Source: a bacterium
GTDB taxonomy: Bacteria > UBA8248
NCBI GenBank assembly: GCA_965203325.1
Contig: OZ241875.1
Span: 3,712,001 to 3,776,000 of the forward strand
Reading direction: 5' to 3'
Length of the DNA: 64,000 bases
Every line of letters begins with the position of its first letter. The stretch's first letter is position 1. The position numbers and the translations under genes were made by a program. Positions 50,435 to 62,217 of the stretch are shown here, one piece after another. The notes under the pieces are model-generated. The model was not told the origin of the DNA. It ran no database searches and saw nothing but the letters and a program-made list of their open reading frames with translations.

Positions 50435-51631
50435 ATGAAGAAATGCCTTGTTTTGGTTCTCGGCTTTGTTCTCGCTCTCACGGCTGCTCCCTTCGTGGAG
50501 AAAAGCCACGCGATGGACAAGGTCACCCTGGGGATCGCCATTTCACAGACGGGCCGCTACGCTGAGCCCGCCGGCCGTATGGTGAACTCCTACAAGCTGT
50601 ACGTTGATCAGGTGAACGCCGGCAAAGGATGGAACGGCAAGAAAATCGACTTCACCATCCTGGACGACAAATCGGACAAGCAGACGAGCATCAAGCTGTA
50701 TGAGAAGCTGATCACGCAGGACAAGGTCAACCTGACCATCGGCCCCTACTCGAGCGGCATCACCGACGCCGTGGCCAACGTGCTGGAAAGGTACAAGTAC
50801 CCCACGATGGCGCCGGGCGCCTCCTCGGGCATCATCTGGAAGAAGGGCCGCAAGTATCTGTTCAACATCATCGCCGTCGCCCAGGACTATCAGAAGGGCG
50901 CGATTCACCTCGCCAAGGAAATCGGCGTGAAACGCATCGCCATCGTCGGCGAGGACAGCCTCTTCCCGCGCCAGTCGGCGGAAGGCGCCGTGGATTGGGC
51001 GAAAAAGCTCGGCATCAAAGTGGTGTTGAACGAAAACTATCCGCGCAAGCAGACCGACTTCACCGCGCTGCTTCAGAAAATCAAGGCGCGCCGTGCAGAG
51101 GCGCTCATCTCGAACAGCTACTTCGCGGACGCCGCGGCGCAGATTCGCCAGCTTCGCGAATTGAATATCAACCTCAAGATTTTCGCCGGAACCGTCGGCC
51201 CGGGTCTGCCCAAGTTCGCCAAGCAGCTCGGCGACACGGCGGAATACGTTCTCGGCTTCAGCCAGTGGGAGCCCAAGCCGGCCATCCTCAAGCGGCCCGG
51301 CATGAAGGAGTTCATCGCGGCGTACGAGAAGCGCTACGGCGTGAAGCCGAACTACCACGCAGGCCAGTCCTATGCGGCCCTGCAGATTTTCGGCGATGCG
51401 GTGGCGAAAGCCGGTTCCGCGGATCGGGTCAAGGTGTGGAAAGCGCTGCGCACCATGAAGACCATGACCGTCATCGGTCCCTGGAAGGTGGACGACACCA
51501 ACCTGAACCAGCATGAAGGATTGACCTTCCAGATTCTCGACGGCCAGCGCAAGATCGTGTGGCCCAAGAAGATTTCGGAAGTCCCCTACAAGCTGCCGAT
51601 GCCCCAATGGAAGGAAAGAGGCAAGAACTAG
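50435..51631 (+). CDS. Branched-chain amino acid-type ABC substrate-binding protein, paralog 3
   Basis: AAGGAG SD; highly similar to paralog 2. Confidence 0.92.
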   Translation: MKKCLVLVLGFVLALTAAPFVEKSHAMDKVTLGIAISQTGRYAEPAGRMVNSYKLYVDQVNAGKGWNGKKIDFTILDDKSDKQTSIKLYEKLITQDKVNLTIGPYSSGITDAVANVLERYKYPTMAPGASSGIIWKKGRKYLFNIIAVAQDYQKGAIHLAKEIGVKRIAIVGEDSLFPRQSAEGAVDWAKKLGIKVVLNENYPRKQTDFTALLQKIKARRAEALISNSYFADAAAQIRQLRELNINLKIFAGTVGPGLPKFAKQLGDTAEYVLGFSQWEPKPAILKRPGMKEFIAAYEKRYGVKPNYHAGQSYAALQIFGDAVAKAGSADRVKVWKALRTMKTMTVIGPWKVDDTNLNQHEGLTFQILDGQRKIVWPKKISEVPYKLPMPQWKERGKN

Positions 51632-51671
51632 GGGTTGCATGAAACGCGAAAATGCAATAAACACTTGAACT

Positions 51672-51708
51672 TTCGCGCCGGGGCTGTTAAAAGCGGCCCC
51701 GGCGCGAA
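51672..51708 (+). terminator. Strong intergenic hairpin (mRNA stabiliser/attenuator between binding protein and permease)
   Basis: TTCGCGCCGGGGCTG...CGGCCCCGGCGCGAA. Confidence 0.6.
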
Positions 51709-51758
51709 GACGAAAGTATCCGGATTTTTTGTTTCGTATACCGAGGATATATTTTCTC

Positions 51759-52748
51759 ATGCAGGAAAGAGCGGAAATCCGTAGCAAATACTGGCTGGCG
51801 TTGTTTTTGGTGGCGGCGTACACGGTTCCCTTCGCCGTCGGTATTTATACGGATAACGTCTTTTTTGATCTTCAGTGGCTGGCGGACCTGACCACCGTCA
51901 TCCTGAACGGCATCATGCAGGGCGGCGTTTACGCCATGTTCGCCGTGGGCCTCACGCTCATCTTCGGCGTCATGCGCATCATCAACGTGGCGCACGGCGA
52001 GCTGGTGATGCTGGGCGCCTACCTGACCTGGATGTTCTTCTTCTATGTGGGAATCGACCCGCTCCTCGCCCTGTTCCTCACGCTCCCTATCGCTTTTATC
52101 ATCGGGCTCCTTATCCAGAAGCTGCTGCTGAACGCCGTGGTGGGTGGGCCGGAACTGACGCCCTTGCTGATAACTTTCGGTATGGGCCTCACGATCATCC
52201 ATATCGTGGAAGCCATCTTCACCACGGATTACCGCACCATCCCCTACGCGCCCGACGCGTTCCAACTCACCGAGACCATCGCGGTGAGCAGAAGCAAGAT
52301 CATCAGCTTCGCGATGGCCGCCTTCATCTCCATCAGCGTATTCGTTTTTCTTAAAATACATCGCATCGGCAAGGCGATACGCGCGACGGCGCAAAATGCG
52401 GACGTCGCCATGGTCTGCGGCATCAACATCTTCCATATCTATATGATTACCTCGGGGCTGGCCGCGGCGCTTGCGGTGGCGGGCGGCGCACTGGTGTCGA
52501 TTCAGTTCGGCTTCAACCCGGAAACGGGTGTCTTGTATACGTTGCAAGCCTTCGCCATCATCGTGCTCGGAGGCAGGGGCCACTATATCGGTGCGCTCAT
52601 CGGAGGGGTGATGCTCGCGGTCATCGAGAGCCTCATATCCTTCATGATCCCCAACGGCACCGCCATGGTGGAAATTGCGTCCTACGGGATGATGGTTTTC
52701 GTGCTGCTTATCAGGCCCCGCGGTCTGATGGGGCCGAAAGAAAACTAG
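51759..52748 (+). CDS. livH: Branched-chain amino acid ABC permease
   Basis: GLTLIFGVMRIINVAHGE and GKAIRA motifs. Confidence 0.92.
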   Translation: MQERAEIRSKYWLALFLVAAYTVPFAVGIYTDNVFFDLQWLADLTTVILNGIMQGGVYAMFAVGLTLIFGVMRIINVAHGELVMLGAYLTWMFFFYVGIDPLLALFLTLPIAFIIGLLIQKLLLNAVVGGPELTPLLITFGMGLTIIHIVEAIFTTDYRTIPYAPDAFQLTETIAVSRSKIISFAMAAFISISVFVFLKIHRIGKAIRATAQNADVAMVCGINIFHIYMITSGLAAALAVAGGALVSIQFGFNPETGVLYTLQAFAIIVLGGRGHYIGALIGGVMLAVIESLISFMIPNGTAMVEIASYGMMVFVLLIRPRGLMGPKEN

Positions 52749-52759
52749 GAGAGATCTGA

Positions 52760-53698
52760 ATGGCCCAAAATGAACACCTCCGCAATTTCGGAATGCTGGC
52801 CATACTCATAATCGTACTGTGCGCGTTGCCCTCGAATATCAATCTGTATCAGCGCTCGGTGATTATGTTCACGATGATGTACGTCGTTCTCTCCTTGAGT
52901 TGGAACATCATCAGCGGCTATACGGGTTATGTGTCGTTCGGCCACGTGATGTTCTACGGCATCGGCGCCTACGCCACGGCCATTCTGGTCGTGGACTACG
53001 GCTGGCACTGGATACCGACTCTCTTCGTAGGCGTGTTCGTTTCCTTCGTGGTCTCGTTGATAATCGGGTTTCCGGTTTTGCGTCTCAAAGGCCCGTATTT
53101 CGCCATCGCCATGCTCGGCGCGGCAGAAGGCACGCGCGTGGTGGCCACGGTGTGGGAGGACCTCACCCACGGCGGCGAGGGAATCGGTCTGCCCAACATC
53201 GAAAACTCCTTTGAAACGTATTTCGCCATGCTGGTGGTCATGCTGGTCACCATTGTGGTGTCCTACTGGGTGGGGCATTCGAGGTTCGGGATCCGCCTGA
53301 ACGCCATACGCGAGGACGAAATTGCAGCCGAGAGCCTGGGCATCAACACCACGTTCTACAAGCTTTCCGCCTTCGCCCTTTCCGCCATTTTCCCGGCGGC
53401 GGCCGGCGGCATTCAGGCGTACAAGGTTCTCTACATAGACCCCGAAACCGAGTTCTTCATCCTTGTCACCATCTATATGAAGCTCTTCGCCATGTTCGGC
53501 GGCAAGGGAACGGTGATTGGCCCCATTCTGGGCACATTCGTCTTGTATATCGTTCAGGAAATTACCTGGGTGAAATTCCCCACGGCTCACCTCATCGCCT
53601 TCGGCGTCTTCATCGTCCTCGTGGCCCGTTTCATGCCGCGCGGATTGATGGGATACGCCATCGACAAGGGCTGGGCGCGCAAGGGAATGGTTCACTAA
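52760..53698 (+). CDS. livM: Branched-chain amino acid ABC permease
   Basis: GYTGYVSFGH, LRLKGPYFAI and AIREDEIAA motifs. Confidence 0.92.
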   Translation: MAQNEHLRNFGMLAILIIVLCALPSNINLYQRSVIMFTMMYVVLSLSWNIISGYTGYVSFGHVMFYGIGAYATAILVVDYGWHWIPTLFVGVFVSFVVSLIIGFPVLRLKGPYFAIAMLGAAEGTRVVATVWEDLTHGGEGIGLPNIENSFETYFAMLVVMLVTIVVSYWVGHSRFGIRLNAIREDEIAAESLGINTTFYKLSAFALSAIFPAAAGGIQAYKVLYIDPETEFFILVTIYMKLFAMFGGKGTVIGPILGTFVLYIVQEITWVKFPTAHLIAFGVFIVLVARFMPRGLMGYAIDKGWARKGMVH

Positions 53699-53719
53699 GA
53701 AACGGAGCAGCGCAAGAAA

Positions 53720-54445
53720 ATGGCAGATGCGGAAATCGCCCTCGACATTCAGAACCTGAAGAAGTACTTCGGGGGCATCAAGGCGGTGGACGGATGCACC
53801 TTTCAGGTGCCCAAGGGCCAGATATCGGGCCTGATCGGACCGAACGGATCCGGCAAGACCACCACGTTCAACCTGCTCACGGGCGTTCTCGAGGCGGACA
53901 GCGGCGAGGTGTTTTACAACGGAGAGAATATCGTCGGCTTGAGGCCCTATGAAGTCTTCAACAGGGGTATCAGCCGCACCTTCCAGATTACCCGTATCTA
54001 CCGCGAGATGACGGTGTTCGAGAACATGCTCTCCGCTTCGAGCATGAAGATGCCCGTGCGCGAGGCGCGCGCGCGGGCGGAGCAGTTGATGGAGTTCGTC
54101 ACGCTCACGAAACTTCGCGGCGAATATGGCGGGAACCTCTCCTACGGACAGCAGAAGCTCCTCGAATTCGCGCGCGCCCTGATGACGGACCCCGATCTCA
54201 TCCTCCTCGATGAGCCGGCCGCCGGCGTCAACAGAACCCTGCTCAACAACCTGCTGGAACACATTCACCATCTACAGGAAGACCAGGGGAAGACGATTCT
54301 CATCGTCGAGCACGACATGAACGTCATCATGAACCACTGCGAAAAGGTGTTCGTGCTCGACTACGGTGTGAAAATCGCCGAGGGTCTGCCCGAAGATATC
54401 CAGACGAACGAAGACGTTATCGAAGCATATTTTGGACACAGATAA
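53720..54445 (+). CDS. livG: Branched-chain amino acid ABC ATPase
   Basis: [15 protein letters not shown] and LLDEPAAG motifs. Confidence 0.93.
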   Translation: MADAEIALDIQNLKKYFGGIKAVDGCTFQVPKGQISGLIGPNGSGKTTTFNLLTGVLEADSGEVFYNGENIVGLRPYEVFNRGISRTFQITRIYREMTVFENMLSASSMKMPVREARARAEQLMEFVTLTKLRGEYGGNLSYGQQKLLEFARALMTDPDLILLDEPAAGVNRTLLNNLLEHIHHLQEDQGKTILIVEHDMNVIMNHCEKVFVLDYGVKIAEGLPEDIQTNEDVIEAYFGHR

Positions 54446-55159
54446 ATGGCGCTATTAGAACTCAAGGACATCAATGCGGGGTACGGCAGAATCCAGATAC
54501 TCCACGACGTGTCGCTCCACGTGAACAAGGACGAGGTGGTGGCCGTCATCGGGCCGAACGGCGCGGGAAAATCCACGACCTTCAAGATCATCATGGGCTT
54601 CATCAACTACCTCGGCGGCGAGATCGAGTTTGATAGCCAGAACATCGTGGGCTTTCGCCCCGACCAGATTCTTGGCCGGGGGCTGGGCTACGTGCCGCAG
54701 GGCCGCATCGTCTTCAACCAGATGACGGTGAAGGAAAATCTCGAGATGGGCGCCTACATCGAGCGCGATCAAAAGAAAATCGACGAGGCGATGGATTACG
54801 TCTTCACGCTCTTCCCGCGCCTCGGCGAACGGCAAAAGCAGTTGGGGGGCACGATGAGCGGCGGCGAGCAGCAGATGCTGGCCATGGGCCGCGCCCTGAT
54901 GACGAGGCCCAAGATGATCATGCTCGATGAGCCTTCCCTGGGCTTGAGTCCTCGTTTCGTAACGGAAGTGTTCGAGAAAATCGTGAGCCTCGCCAAGGAA
55001 GGGCTGACCATCATGCTCGTCGAGCAGAACGCCGCGCGCGCCCTGGAGATTTCAGACCGGGGCTACGTGCTCGAACTCGGCAGGAACCGCTATGAGGGCG
55101 GCGGACACGAACTCCTGAACAACCAGGAAGTCAAGATGATGTACCTGGGCGGCGGCTAA
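54446..55159 (+). CDS. livF: Branched-chain amino acid ABC ATPase
   Basis: GPNGAGKS, MSGGEQQM and LDEPSLGL motifs. Confidence 0.94.
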   Translation: MALLELKDINAGYGRIQILHDVSLHVNKDEVVAVIGPNGAGKSTTFKIIMGFINYLGGEIEFDSQNIVGFRPDQILGRGLGYVPQGRIVFNQMTVKENLEMGAYIERDQKKIDEAMDYVFTLFPRLGERQKQLGGTMSGGEQQMLAMGRALMTRPKMIMLDEPSLGLSPRFVTEVFEKIVSLAKEGLTIMLVEQNAARALEISDRGYVLELGRNRYEGGGHELLNNQEVKMMYLGGG

Positions 55160-55327
55160 CAGGCAAACCCTTCTTTTCTTTTAGAAGTAGTAATCTCTCA
55201 GACCAAAAACCCCATATCCTCTGTGTGATGGTATCTTCTCGTTGCGCCCAAATTGCGTCCTTTATGCTAGGCTTGCGCTTCGACTCTATGCTATAAATGC
55301 TTGCTCCGCTCGGGAGGGTTTCGCGAC

Positions 55328-55978
55328 ATGATCCGCGTGAAGATTTGTGGAGTGACGACGGTCGAGGACGCGGAATTCGCCCTGGAAGCAGGCGCCGACG
55401 CCCTGGGGCTGAATTTCGTTCCGGGCACTCCCAGGTGCCTGGAGGTGGAGCAGGCGAGGGAGATCAGCGAAGCGCTCCCGCCATTCGGAACGCGAGTCGG
55501 CGTTTTCGTGAACGATTCTCCCGAGCGCGTGATGGAAATTGCGCGTCGCGTCGGGTTGGATGCGGCGCAGCTTCATGGCGATGAGACGCCGGAAGATTGT
55601 TGTTGGCTGATTGAACGGGGCTTGCGCGTCATTCGGGCCTTGCGGGTCAAGGGGCCCGAAACGATAGCGCAGATAGACGCTTTTCCCGGTTGCGCTATAT
55701 TGCTGGACGCCTACGTGAAGGGCGCGCTCGGGGGCACAGGCGAGACTTTCGATTGGGAATTGGCCCGGCAGGCGGCCGACGCGAGGCCCATCATCCTCTC
55801 GGGGGGTCTGAAGCCCGAAAATGTGGGCGAAGCCGTGAGGAGTGTCCAGCCCTACGGCGTGGATTCGAGCAGCGGAGTAGAGGGCGCCGTTTTGGGCCGA
55901 AAAGACCCCGGGCGGACCTTAAGTTTCATTCAAAACGCACGCGCGGCGATATCCGAATTTGAGGAAATGAGAAGATGA
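55328..55978 (+). CDS. trpF: Phosphoribosylanthranilate isomerase
   Basis: [20 protein letters not shown] and GVDSSSGVE motifs. Confidence 0.96.
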   Translation: MIRVKICGVTTVEDAEFALEAGADALGLNFVPGTPRCLEVEQAREISEALPPFGTRVGVFVNDSPERVMEIARRVGLDAAQLHGDETPEDCCWLIERGLRVIRALRVKGPETIAQIDAFPGCAILLDAYVKGALGGTGETFDWELARQAADARPIILSGGLKPENVGEAVRSVQPYGVDSSSGVEGAVLGRKDPGRTLSFIQNARAAISEFEEMRR

Positions 55979-57192
55979 GCGAATTGGTCTCCAGGGGAAG
56001 GTTCGGTCGATTCGGGGGGCGTTACGTCCCGGAAACCCTCATGCCCGCTCTCGAGGAACTGGAAGTTGCCTACGAGGAGGCCCGGGACGACCCGGCGTAC
56101 CACGAAGAACTCGCCGCGTATCTGAGGGAATTCGTGGGCAGGCCCACGCCGCTATACCTGGCCGAGCGACTTTCTGATGATCTGGGCGTGCTCAGGGTCT
56201 ATCTCAAGCGTGAGGACCTCTGCCATACGGGCGCTCACAAGATAAACAACACGCTCGCCCAGGTTCTTCTGGCCAGGAGGCTGGGAAAGACGCGCATCAT
56301 CGCGGAGACGGGAGCGGGCCAGCACGGGGTGGCCACCGCCACGGCGGCGGCGCTTTTTGGCCTCGATTGCGACGTCTATATGGGCGAGGAGGACATCGGC
56401 AGGCAGTCTCTCAACGTGTTCCGCATGCGCCTTCTGGGCGCGCGGGTGATTCCGGTCACCTCGGGCAGCAAGACCTTGAAGGACGCCACCAACGAAACGC
56501 TTCGCGACTGGACGGCTTCGGTGCGGACGACCCACTACATCATCGGCTCGGTCGTGGGGCCGCATCCGTTCCCGGAGATGATACGCGATTTCCAGTCCGT
56601 CATAGGCCGCGAGGCGCGCGCGCAGATTCTCGAGGCCGAAGGTCGTCTCCCCGACGCCTGCGTGGCCTGCGTGGGGGGCGGCAGCAATTCCATCGGCCTG
56701 TTCCACCCTTTCGTGGATGACGATGACGTCGAACTCATCGGCGTGGAAGCCGGGGGCCGGGGTCTGGACACCGAGGAGCACGGCGCGTCCCTGACCGCCG
56801 GCCGCGTGGGCGTTCTGCACGGCTGCGAGACGTTCCTGCTCTATGACGATGATGGCCAGATCATCCCGGCCCATTCGGTGTCCGCGGGTCTTGATTATCC
56901 CGGCGTAGGGCCCGAGCATTCGCATTTAAAGGATTCCGGACGCGCGCGCTACGTGACGGTCGAAGACCACGACGCGCTCAAGGCGTTTCAGAAGCTCTCC
57001 GTGCTGGAGGGCATCATTCCCGCGTTCGAGAGCGCCCACGCGATTTCCTATCTGGACCGCCTGGCCGAGGAGACGAGAGAGGCGGGCGAAATGAAGACCG
57101 TGGTGCTTTGCCTCTCCGGCCGGGGGGATAAGGACGTGCATCAGGCGGAGGGCCTTTTGACGGAAATGCTCGATGACGAGGACGTGCGCTGA
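55975..57192 (+). CDS. trpB: Tryptophan synthase beta chain
   Basis: [17 protein letters not shown] and [13 protein letters not shown] motifs. Confidence 0.98.
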   Translation: MSELVSRGRFGRFGGRYVPETLMPALEELEVAYEEARDDPAYHEELAAYLREFVGRPTPLYLAERLSDDLGVLRVYLKREDLCHTGAHKINNTLAQVLLARRLGKTRIIAETGAGQHGVATATAAALFGLDCDVYMGEEDIGRQSLNVFRMRLLGARVIPVTSGSKTLKDATNETLRDWTASVRTTHYIIGSVVGPHPFPEMIRDFQSVIGREARAQILEAEGRLPDACVACVGGGSNSIGLFHPFVDDDDVELIGVEAGGRGLDTEEHGASLTAGRVGVLHGCETFLLYDDDGQIIPAHSVSAGLDYPGVGPEHSHLKDSGRARYVTVEDHDALKAFQKLSVLEGIIPAFESAHAISYLDRLAEETREAGEMKTVVLCLSGRGDKDVHQAEGLLTEMLDDEDVR

Positions 57193-58010
57193 TGAGTCAT
57201 AGACTGGAAGCGTGTTTCGACTGTTTGCGCGCAGAGGGCCGGGCCGGTCTGTTCCCGTTTGTCACCGCGGGCGATCCGGACCTGGGCTTCACCCGCGAGT
57301 TGCTGCCTCTCATGACGGAGGCGGGAGCGGACGGGTTCGAAATCGGGGTTCCCTTCAGCGATCCCCTGGCGGACGGCCCCACCATCCAGCGATCGAGCAT
57401 GCGCTCGCTCACGGGGGGAACCCGCCTGAGCGGCGTCCTGGAAATGGTCGGAGAGGTCCGCGCGGATATACCCGATACGCCTTTGGTTCTGATGACGTAT
57501 TACAACCCCGTCATCGCCGTGGGTCTGGCGGAATTCGTGCGCGGCGCATCGCAGGTGGGGGCCGACGCCGTCATCGTGCCCGACCTGCCGCCCGAAGAAG
57601 CGGGTGCCCTTGTCGGGGTCATGAACGATTATCCGCTGGAGCCCGTCTTCATGCTCGCGCCCACGAGCACGCAGGAGCGCGTCGAGTTGGTGAACGACGT
57701 GGGTGGCGGTTTCATCTACTACGTCGGGCAGATGGGTGTCACCGGCGCGCGCGACGCCCTGGATTCGGATTTAGGCGCCACCCTGGCGAGGATCAACCGT
57801 GTGAAGAACCGGCCCGTCCTCGTGGGGTTCGGCATCAAGACGCCCGAGCAGGCCGCGGAGGTGGCCGGACACGCCGATGGGGTCATCGTGGGCAGCGCCC
57901 TGATAGACGTCATGGAGGCGGAAGCGTCGCGTGAGGAAAAGATGCGCGCGGCTTGCGATTACATCGCCTCTTTGCGGGAAGGTCTCGATCGTTCGAAGAC
58001 GGTTTCTTGA
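57192..58010 (+). CDS. trpA: Tryptophan synthase alpha chain
   Basis: EIGVPFSDPLADGPTIQ, GVTG and VGFGI motifs. Confidence 0.97.
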   Translation: MSHRLEACFDCLRAEGRAGLFPFVTAGDPDLGFTRELLPLMTEAGADGFEIGVPFSDPLADGPTIQRSSMRSLTGGTRLSGVLEMVGEVRADIPDTPLVLMTYYNPVIAVGLAEFVRGASQVGADAVIVPDLPPEEAGALVGVMNDYPLEPVFMLAPTSTQERVELVNDVGGGFIYYVGQMGVTGARDALDSDLGATLARINRVKNRPVLVGFGIKTPEQAAEVAGHADGVIVGSALIDVMEAEASREEKMRAACDYIASLREGLDRSKTVS

Positions 58011-58065
58011 CATTCAATTTCAACATGATGCGTAAGAATCTGTAGATTATTTCGAGGGTAATGCC

Positions 58066-59478
58066 ATGTCGAAAAACACGCTCTACGATAAGGTTTGGGA
58101 TTCCCACACCGTGGCCAAGCTGGATTCGGGCCAGGACCAGATATTCATCGGCTTGCATCTCATCCATGAGGTCACCACGCCCCAGGCGTTCGGGATGCTC
58201 AAGGAAATCGGGTCCGGCGTCGCTTTCCCCGACCGCACGATGGGGACCGTGGACCACATCATCCCCACGCTCAGCCAGATAAGGCCCTACGAGGACGAGC
58301 AGGCCGAGAAGATGATGGCCGCCCTGGAGCAGAACGTGAACGAGTTCGGCGTCCGCTTTCTGCATCTCGATACCGGCAAGCAGGGCATCGTCCACGTCAT
58401 CGGGCCGGAGTTGGGGCTCAGCCAGCCCGGCATGACCATCGCCTGCGGCGACAGCCACACGAGCACGCACGGCGCGATGGGCTCTCTGGGCTTCGGTATC
58501 GGCACGACCGAGGTGGGCCATGTTCTGGCGACGCAGACCCTGGCGCTGAACCGCCTGAGGGTGAAGCGAATCGAGGTCACGGGCGCTCTCGGCCCCGGCG
58601 TGACGCCCAAGGACGTGACTTTGCGCGTCATTCACGATCTGGGCATCAAGGGCGGCTTGGGTTTCGCCTATGAATACGGCGGCGACGTTTTCGACGCCAT
58701 GTCGATGGAAGGGCGCATGACGGTCTGCAACATGAGCATCGAGGGCGGCGCCCGCATCGGCTACGTGAATCCGGACGAGACGACGTTCGATTATCTGGAA
58801 GGCCGCGAGTTCAGCCCCGAGGGAGAAGCTTGGGAGCGGGGCGTGGCGTACTGGCGGGAGATCGCCTCGGGCGATGACGCGGAATATGACGACGTCTACG
58901 AGATTGCGGGCGAATCAATCGAACCGATGGTCACCTGGGGCATCAATCCGGGGCATTCGGTCGGGATTTCACAGCCGCTCCCCGAGGTGGGCAGCTTCGC
59001 GGGCGAGGACAGGAAGACGGCGGAACACGGCTATGACTTCATGGACTTAAGGCCGGGCGAGTCGATTCTGGGCACGAAGGTCGACGTCGCCTTCCTGGGT
59101 TCGTGCACGAATTCGAGAATTTCCGACTTGCGCGAGGGCGCGCGGTTGCTGAAGGGCAACAAGGTGCACCCCGGCGTCAGGATGCTGGTGGTTCCTGGCT
59201 CCCAGCAGGTGAAGCAGCAGGCCGAGGAAGAGGGCCTGCACGAAATTTTCAACGAAGCGGGCGCGGAGTGGCGCGAAGCGGGGTGCTCGATGTGTCTGGG
59301 CATGAACCCGGACAAGCTCGTGGGTGCGGAGAGAAGCATTTCCACCTCGAACCGCAATTTCATCGGGCGGCAGGGCAGCCCGCGCGGAAGAACCCACCTG
59401 GGCAGTCCGGCGGTCGTCGTCTCTTCGGCGATTGCGGGCTGCATCGCGGACCCCAGAGAGATGGGAGAACAAGCATGA
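58066..59478 (+). CDS. leuC: 3-isopropylmalate dehydratase large subunit
   Basis: [30 protein letters not shown] and STSNRNF motifs. Confidence 0.97.
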   Translation: MSKNTLYDKVWDSHTVAKLDSGQDQIFIGLHLIHEVTTPQAFGMLKEIGSGVAFPDRTMGTVDHIIPTLSQIRPYEDEQAEKMMAALEQNVNEFGVRFLHLDTGKQGIVHVIGPELGLSQPGMTIACGDSHTSTHGAMGSLGFGIGTTEVGHVLATQTLALNRLRVKRIEVTGALGPGVTPKDVTLRVIHDLGIKGGLGFAYEYGGDVFDAMSMEGRMTVCNMSIEGGARIGYVNPDETTFDYLEGREFSPEGEAWERGVAYWREIASGDDAEYDDVYEIAGESIEPMVTWGINPGHSVGISQPLPEVGSFAGEDRKTAEHGYDFMDLRPGESILGTKVDVAFLGSCTNSRISDLREGARLLKGNKVHPGVRMLVVPGSQQVKQQAEEEGLHEIFNEAGAEWREAGCSMCLGMNPDKLVGAERSISTSNRNFIGRQGSPRGRTHLGSPAVVVSSAIAGCIADPREMGEQA

Positions 59479-60083
59479 GCACGAAAAGAATCGAAAAAAT
59501 CGTGGGCAAGGCCATTCCCATGCCGCGCGACGACATCGATACCGACAGGATCACGCCGGCCCGCTTTCTCAAGTCCATCACCTTCGAGGGCATCGAGAAG
59601 GCCCTGTTTTGCGACGAGCGCGAGAACACGCCCGATCATCCCGTCGACAACCCCGCCCACAAGGGGGCGAACATGATGTTCGTGGGCAAGAACTTCGGTT
59701 CCGGCTCCTCGCGCGAGCACGCCCCCCAGGCGCTCAAGCGCTTCGGGGTCGACGTGCTCGTCGGGGTATCGTTCGCCGAGATTTTTGCGGGAAACTGCTT
59801 CGCCATCGGCGTGCCGCTCGGCGTCGCGTCGGCGGATGACGTGAATGAGCTGATCAAACAGGCGCAGGAAGAGCCGGAGACGCGCTTCACCGTGGACATC
59901 CGGAATGCGACGGTCGGCTACGGCGACCGCGTGATTCCCATCGACATCCAGGAGACGCGCAAGGCCGCCTTTTTGGCCGGCACGTGGGACATGCTCGCCA
60001 ATTTGCGGGCCAATCTGCCCCAGGTCGAGGAAGTGGCGCAGCGTCTGCCTTACGTCACGAATTTCGAGAGCGAAGCGGAATAA
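59475..60083 (+). CDS. leuD: 3-isopropylmalate dehydratase small subunit
   Basis: [13 protein letters not shown] and [11 protein letters not shown] motifs; ATGA overlap with leuC. Confidence 0.96.
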   Translation: MSTKRIEKIVGKAIPMPRDDIDTDRITPARFLKSITFEGIEKALFCDERENTPDHPVDNPAHKGANMMFVGKNFGSGSSREHAPQALKRFGVDVLVGVSFAEIFAGNCFAIGVPLGVASADDVNELIKQAQEEPETRFTVDIRNATVGYGDRVIPIDIQETRKAAFLAGTWDMLANLRANLPQVEEVAQRLPYVTNFESEAE

Positions 60084-60098
60084 AGAGAGGAGTTTTCA

Positions 60099-61187
60099 GT
60101 GAGCAGTTACCGGATAGCCGTATTGCCGGGCGACGGCATCGGCCAGGAAGTGACGGCGCAGGCACGCTCCGCACTTGAGGCGGCGGGCGCTCGCTTCGGC
60201 GCGGATTTCGAGTTCGAAGAAGGCCTTTGCGGCGGCGCGGCCTATGACGCGACGGGTGAACCCCTGCCCGAGGAAACCCTCGCCCTCTGCCGCCGGAGCG
60301 ACGCCGGTCTGTTCGGCGCCGTGGGGGGGCCGAAGTGGGATGAGCTGCCGCGCGACAAACGTCCCGAACAGGCCATCCTCGGTTTGCGGAAAGAGCTGAA
60401 CCTGTTCGCCAACCTGAGGCCCGCCGTCATGTTCGATCCGCTGGTGGAGGCCTCATCCCTCAAGCCCGAGGTAGTTCGCGGCCTGGACCTTCTCGTCGTG
60501 CGCGAGGGCGTGAGCGGCATATATTTCGGCCAGCCGAGGGGCATCGAGCGGCTCTCGGCGGATGAGGAAAAAGCGGTCGACACGATGACGTACACCACGG
60601 GCGAGATTCGCCAAATCGTTCGCCTCGCGTTCGAGTTGGCGTCCGTGCGGGGGAAAAAACTCTGCTCGGTGGACAAGGAGAACGTTCTCGATAACGGCCG
60701 CCTGTGGCGCAGGGTCGCCGGGGACGTCGCCGCGGAGTTCCCGGAAGTCGAAACCAGCCATATGTACGTCGACAACGCGGCGATGCAGTTGATTCGCGAC
60801 CCGCTGCAATTCGACGTCATCGTCACGGGCAACATGTTCGGCGACATCCTGAGCGACTGCGCCTCCATGCTCACGGGCTCCATCGGCATGCTCGCCTCGG
60901 CGAACGTGAACGAGACGGGCTTCGGCTTGTACGAGCCGGTGCACGGCACCGCACCCGACATCGCGGGCCAGGACAAGGCGAACCCGATTGCGGCCATCAT
61001 GTCGGCCGCCATGCTGTGCCGCTATTCGTTAAAGCGCGTGGACGTGGCCGAAGCCATCGAGGCGGCCGTGGCCGGGGCGCTCGATGAGGGCCTCAGAACG
61101 TCCGACATCCACACGCCGGGCGCCACGGCGGTGGGTTGCGCCGAGATGGGCGAGCGAATCGCCGCTCTCGCGGGCGGAGCCTCGTGA
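60099..61187 (+). CDS. leuB: 3-isopropylmalate dehydrogenase
   Basis: [14 protein letters not shown] and [12 protein letters not shown] motifs. Confidence 0.96.
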   Translation: MSSYRIAVLPGDGIGQEVTAQARSALEAAGARFGADFEFEEGLCGGAAYDATGEPLPEETLALCRRSDAGLFGAVGGPKWDELPRDKRPEQAILGLRKELNLFANLRPAVMFDPLVEASSLKPEVVRGLDLLVVREGVSGIYFGQPRGIERLSADEEKAVDTMTYTTGEIRQIVRLAFELASVRGKKLCSVDKENVLDNGRLWRRVAGDVAAEFPEVETSHMYVDNAAMQLIRDPLQFDVIVTGNMFGDILSDCASMLTGSIGMLASANVNETGFGLYEPVHGTAPDIAGQDKANPIAAIMSAAMLCRYSLKRVDVAEAIEAAVAGALDEGLRTSDIHTPGATAVGCAEMGERIAALAGGAS

Positions 61188-62197
61188 TGCGCGTCGCCGT
61201 CGCAGGCGCCACGGGCGCCGTGGGCCGGGAGATGCTCAGGATTCTGGAGGAGCGCAAGTTTCCCGCCGAAGAGGTCGATTTGCTGGCGAGCGAGCGCAGC
61301 GCGGGCCGGAAAATCCCGTTTCGGGACTCGGAGCTTACGGTGAGCCGGCTCACGCAGGATGCGTTCTGTGGCGTGGACCTGGCGCTTTTCTCCTGCGGCG
61401 CTTCGCGGTCCCTTGAGTTCGCGCCCGCCGCCGTCAAGGCGGGGGCGGTGGTGGTGGATAACTCCAGCGCTTTCCGCATGGATGAGGATGTTCCCCTCGT
61501 GGTGCCGGAGGTGAACCCGGATGCGATGGCCGCGCACCAGGGGATCATCGCGAACCCGAACTGCTCGACCATCCAACTCGTAGTCGCGCTCAAGCCCCTG
61601 CACGACGCCGCCCGCATCAGGCGAGTCGTGGTGAGCACCTATCAGGCGGTGAGCGGGGCGGGGCAGGCCGCGGTAGACGAGATGCAGGCGCAAGTCGAGG
61701 GCGACGCCTCGGCGCCTGAGAAAATGCCCCATGAGATCGCCTTCAACTGCCTGCCCCATATCGACGTATTTCTCGACGGCGGCCATACGAAAGAAGAGAA
61801 GAAGATGGTCGATGAGACGCGGAAGATCATGGGCGCGCCAAACCTGGCCGTCAGCGCAACCTGCGTGCGGGTACCCGTTTACAACGCGCATTCTGAATCG
61901 GTGAACGTGGAGTTCGAGGAGTCCGTTTCACCCGGGGAGGCGCGAGCGCTTCTGTCGCGTGCGCCGGGCGTGGAGGTGGTGGACGACGTGGAATCGTTCT
62001 CCTATCCCATGCCCAAGGACGCGGATGGAGAAGACCCGGTTTATGTCGGCCGCATCCGCCGCGATGACTCGAGGGAAAACACCCTCAACCTGTGGGTGGT
62101 GGCCGATAATTTGAGAAAAGGCGCCGCGCTGAACGCGGTGCAGATAGCCGAGGCGCTGATTGAGAAGGGAATGCTCCGGGCGGCCCCGGTGAAATGA
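61187..62197 (+). CDS. asd: Aspartate-semialdehyde dehydrogenase
   Basis: GATGAVG, NPNCST and DNLRKGAALNA motifs. Confidence 0.97.
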   Translation: MRVAVAGATGAVGREMLRILEERKFPAEEVDLLASERSAGRKIPFRDSELTVSRLTQDAFCGVDLALFSCGASRSLEFAPAAVKAGAVVVDNSSAFRMDEDVPLVVPEVNPDAMAAHQGIIANPNCSTIQLVVALKPLHDAARIRRVVVSTYQAVSGAGQAAVDEMQAQVEGDASAPEKMPHEIAFNCLPHIDVFLDGGHTKEEKKMVDETRKIMGAPNLAVSATCVRVPVYNAHSESVNVEFEESVSPGEARALLSRAPGVEVVDDVESFSYPMPKDADGEDPVYVGRIRRDDSRENTLNLWVVADNLRKGAALNAVQIAEALIEKGMLRAAPVK

Positions 62198-62217
62198 TGT
62201 CGAACGAGGTTATATAA

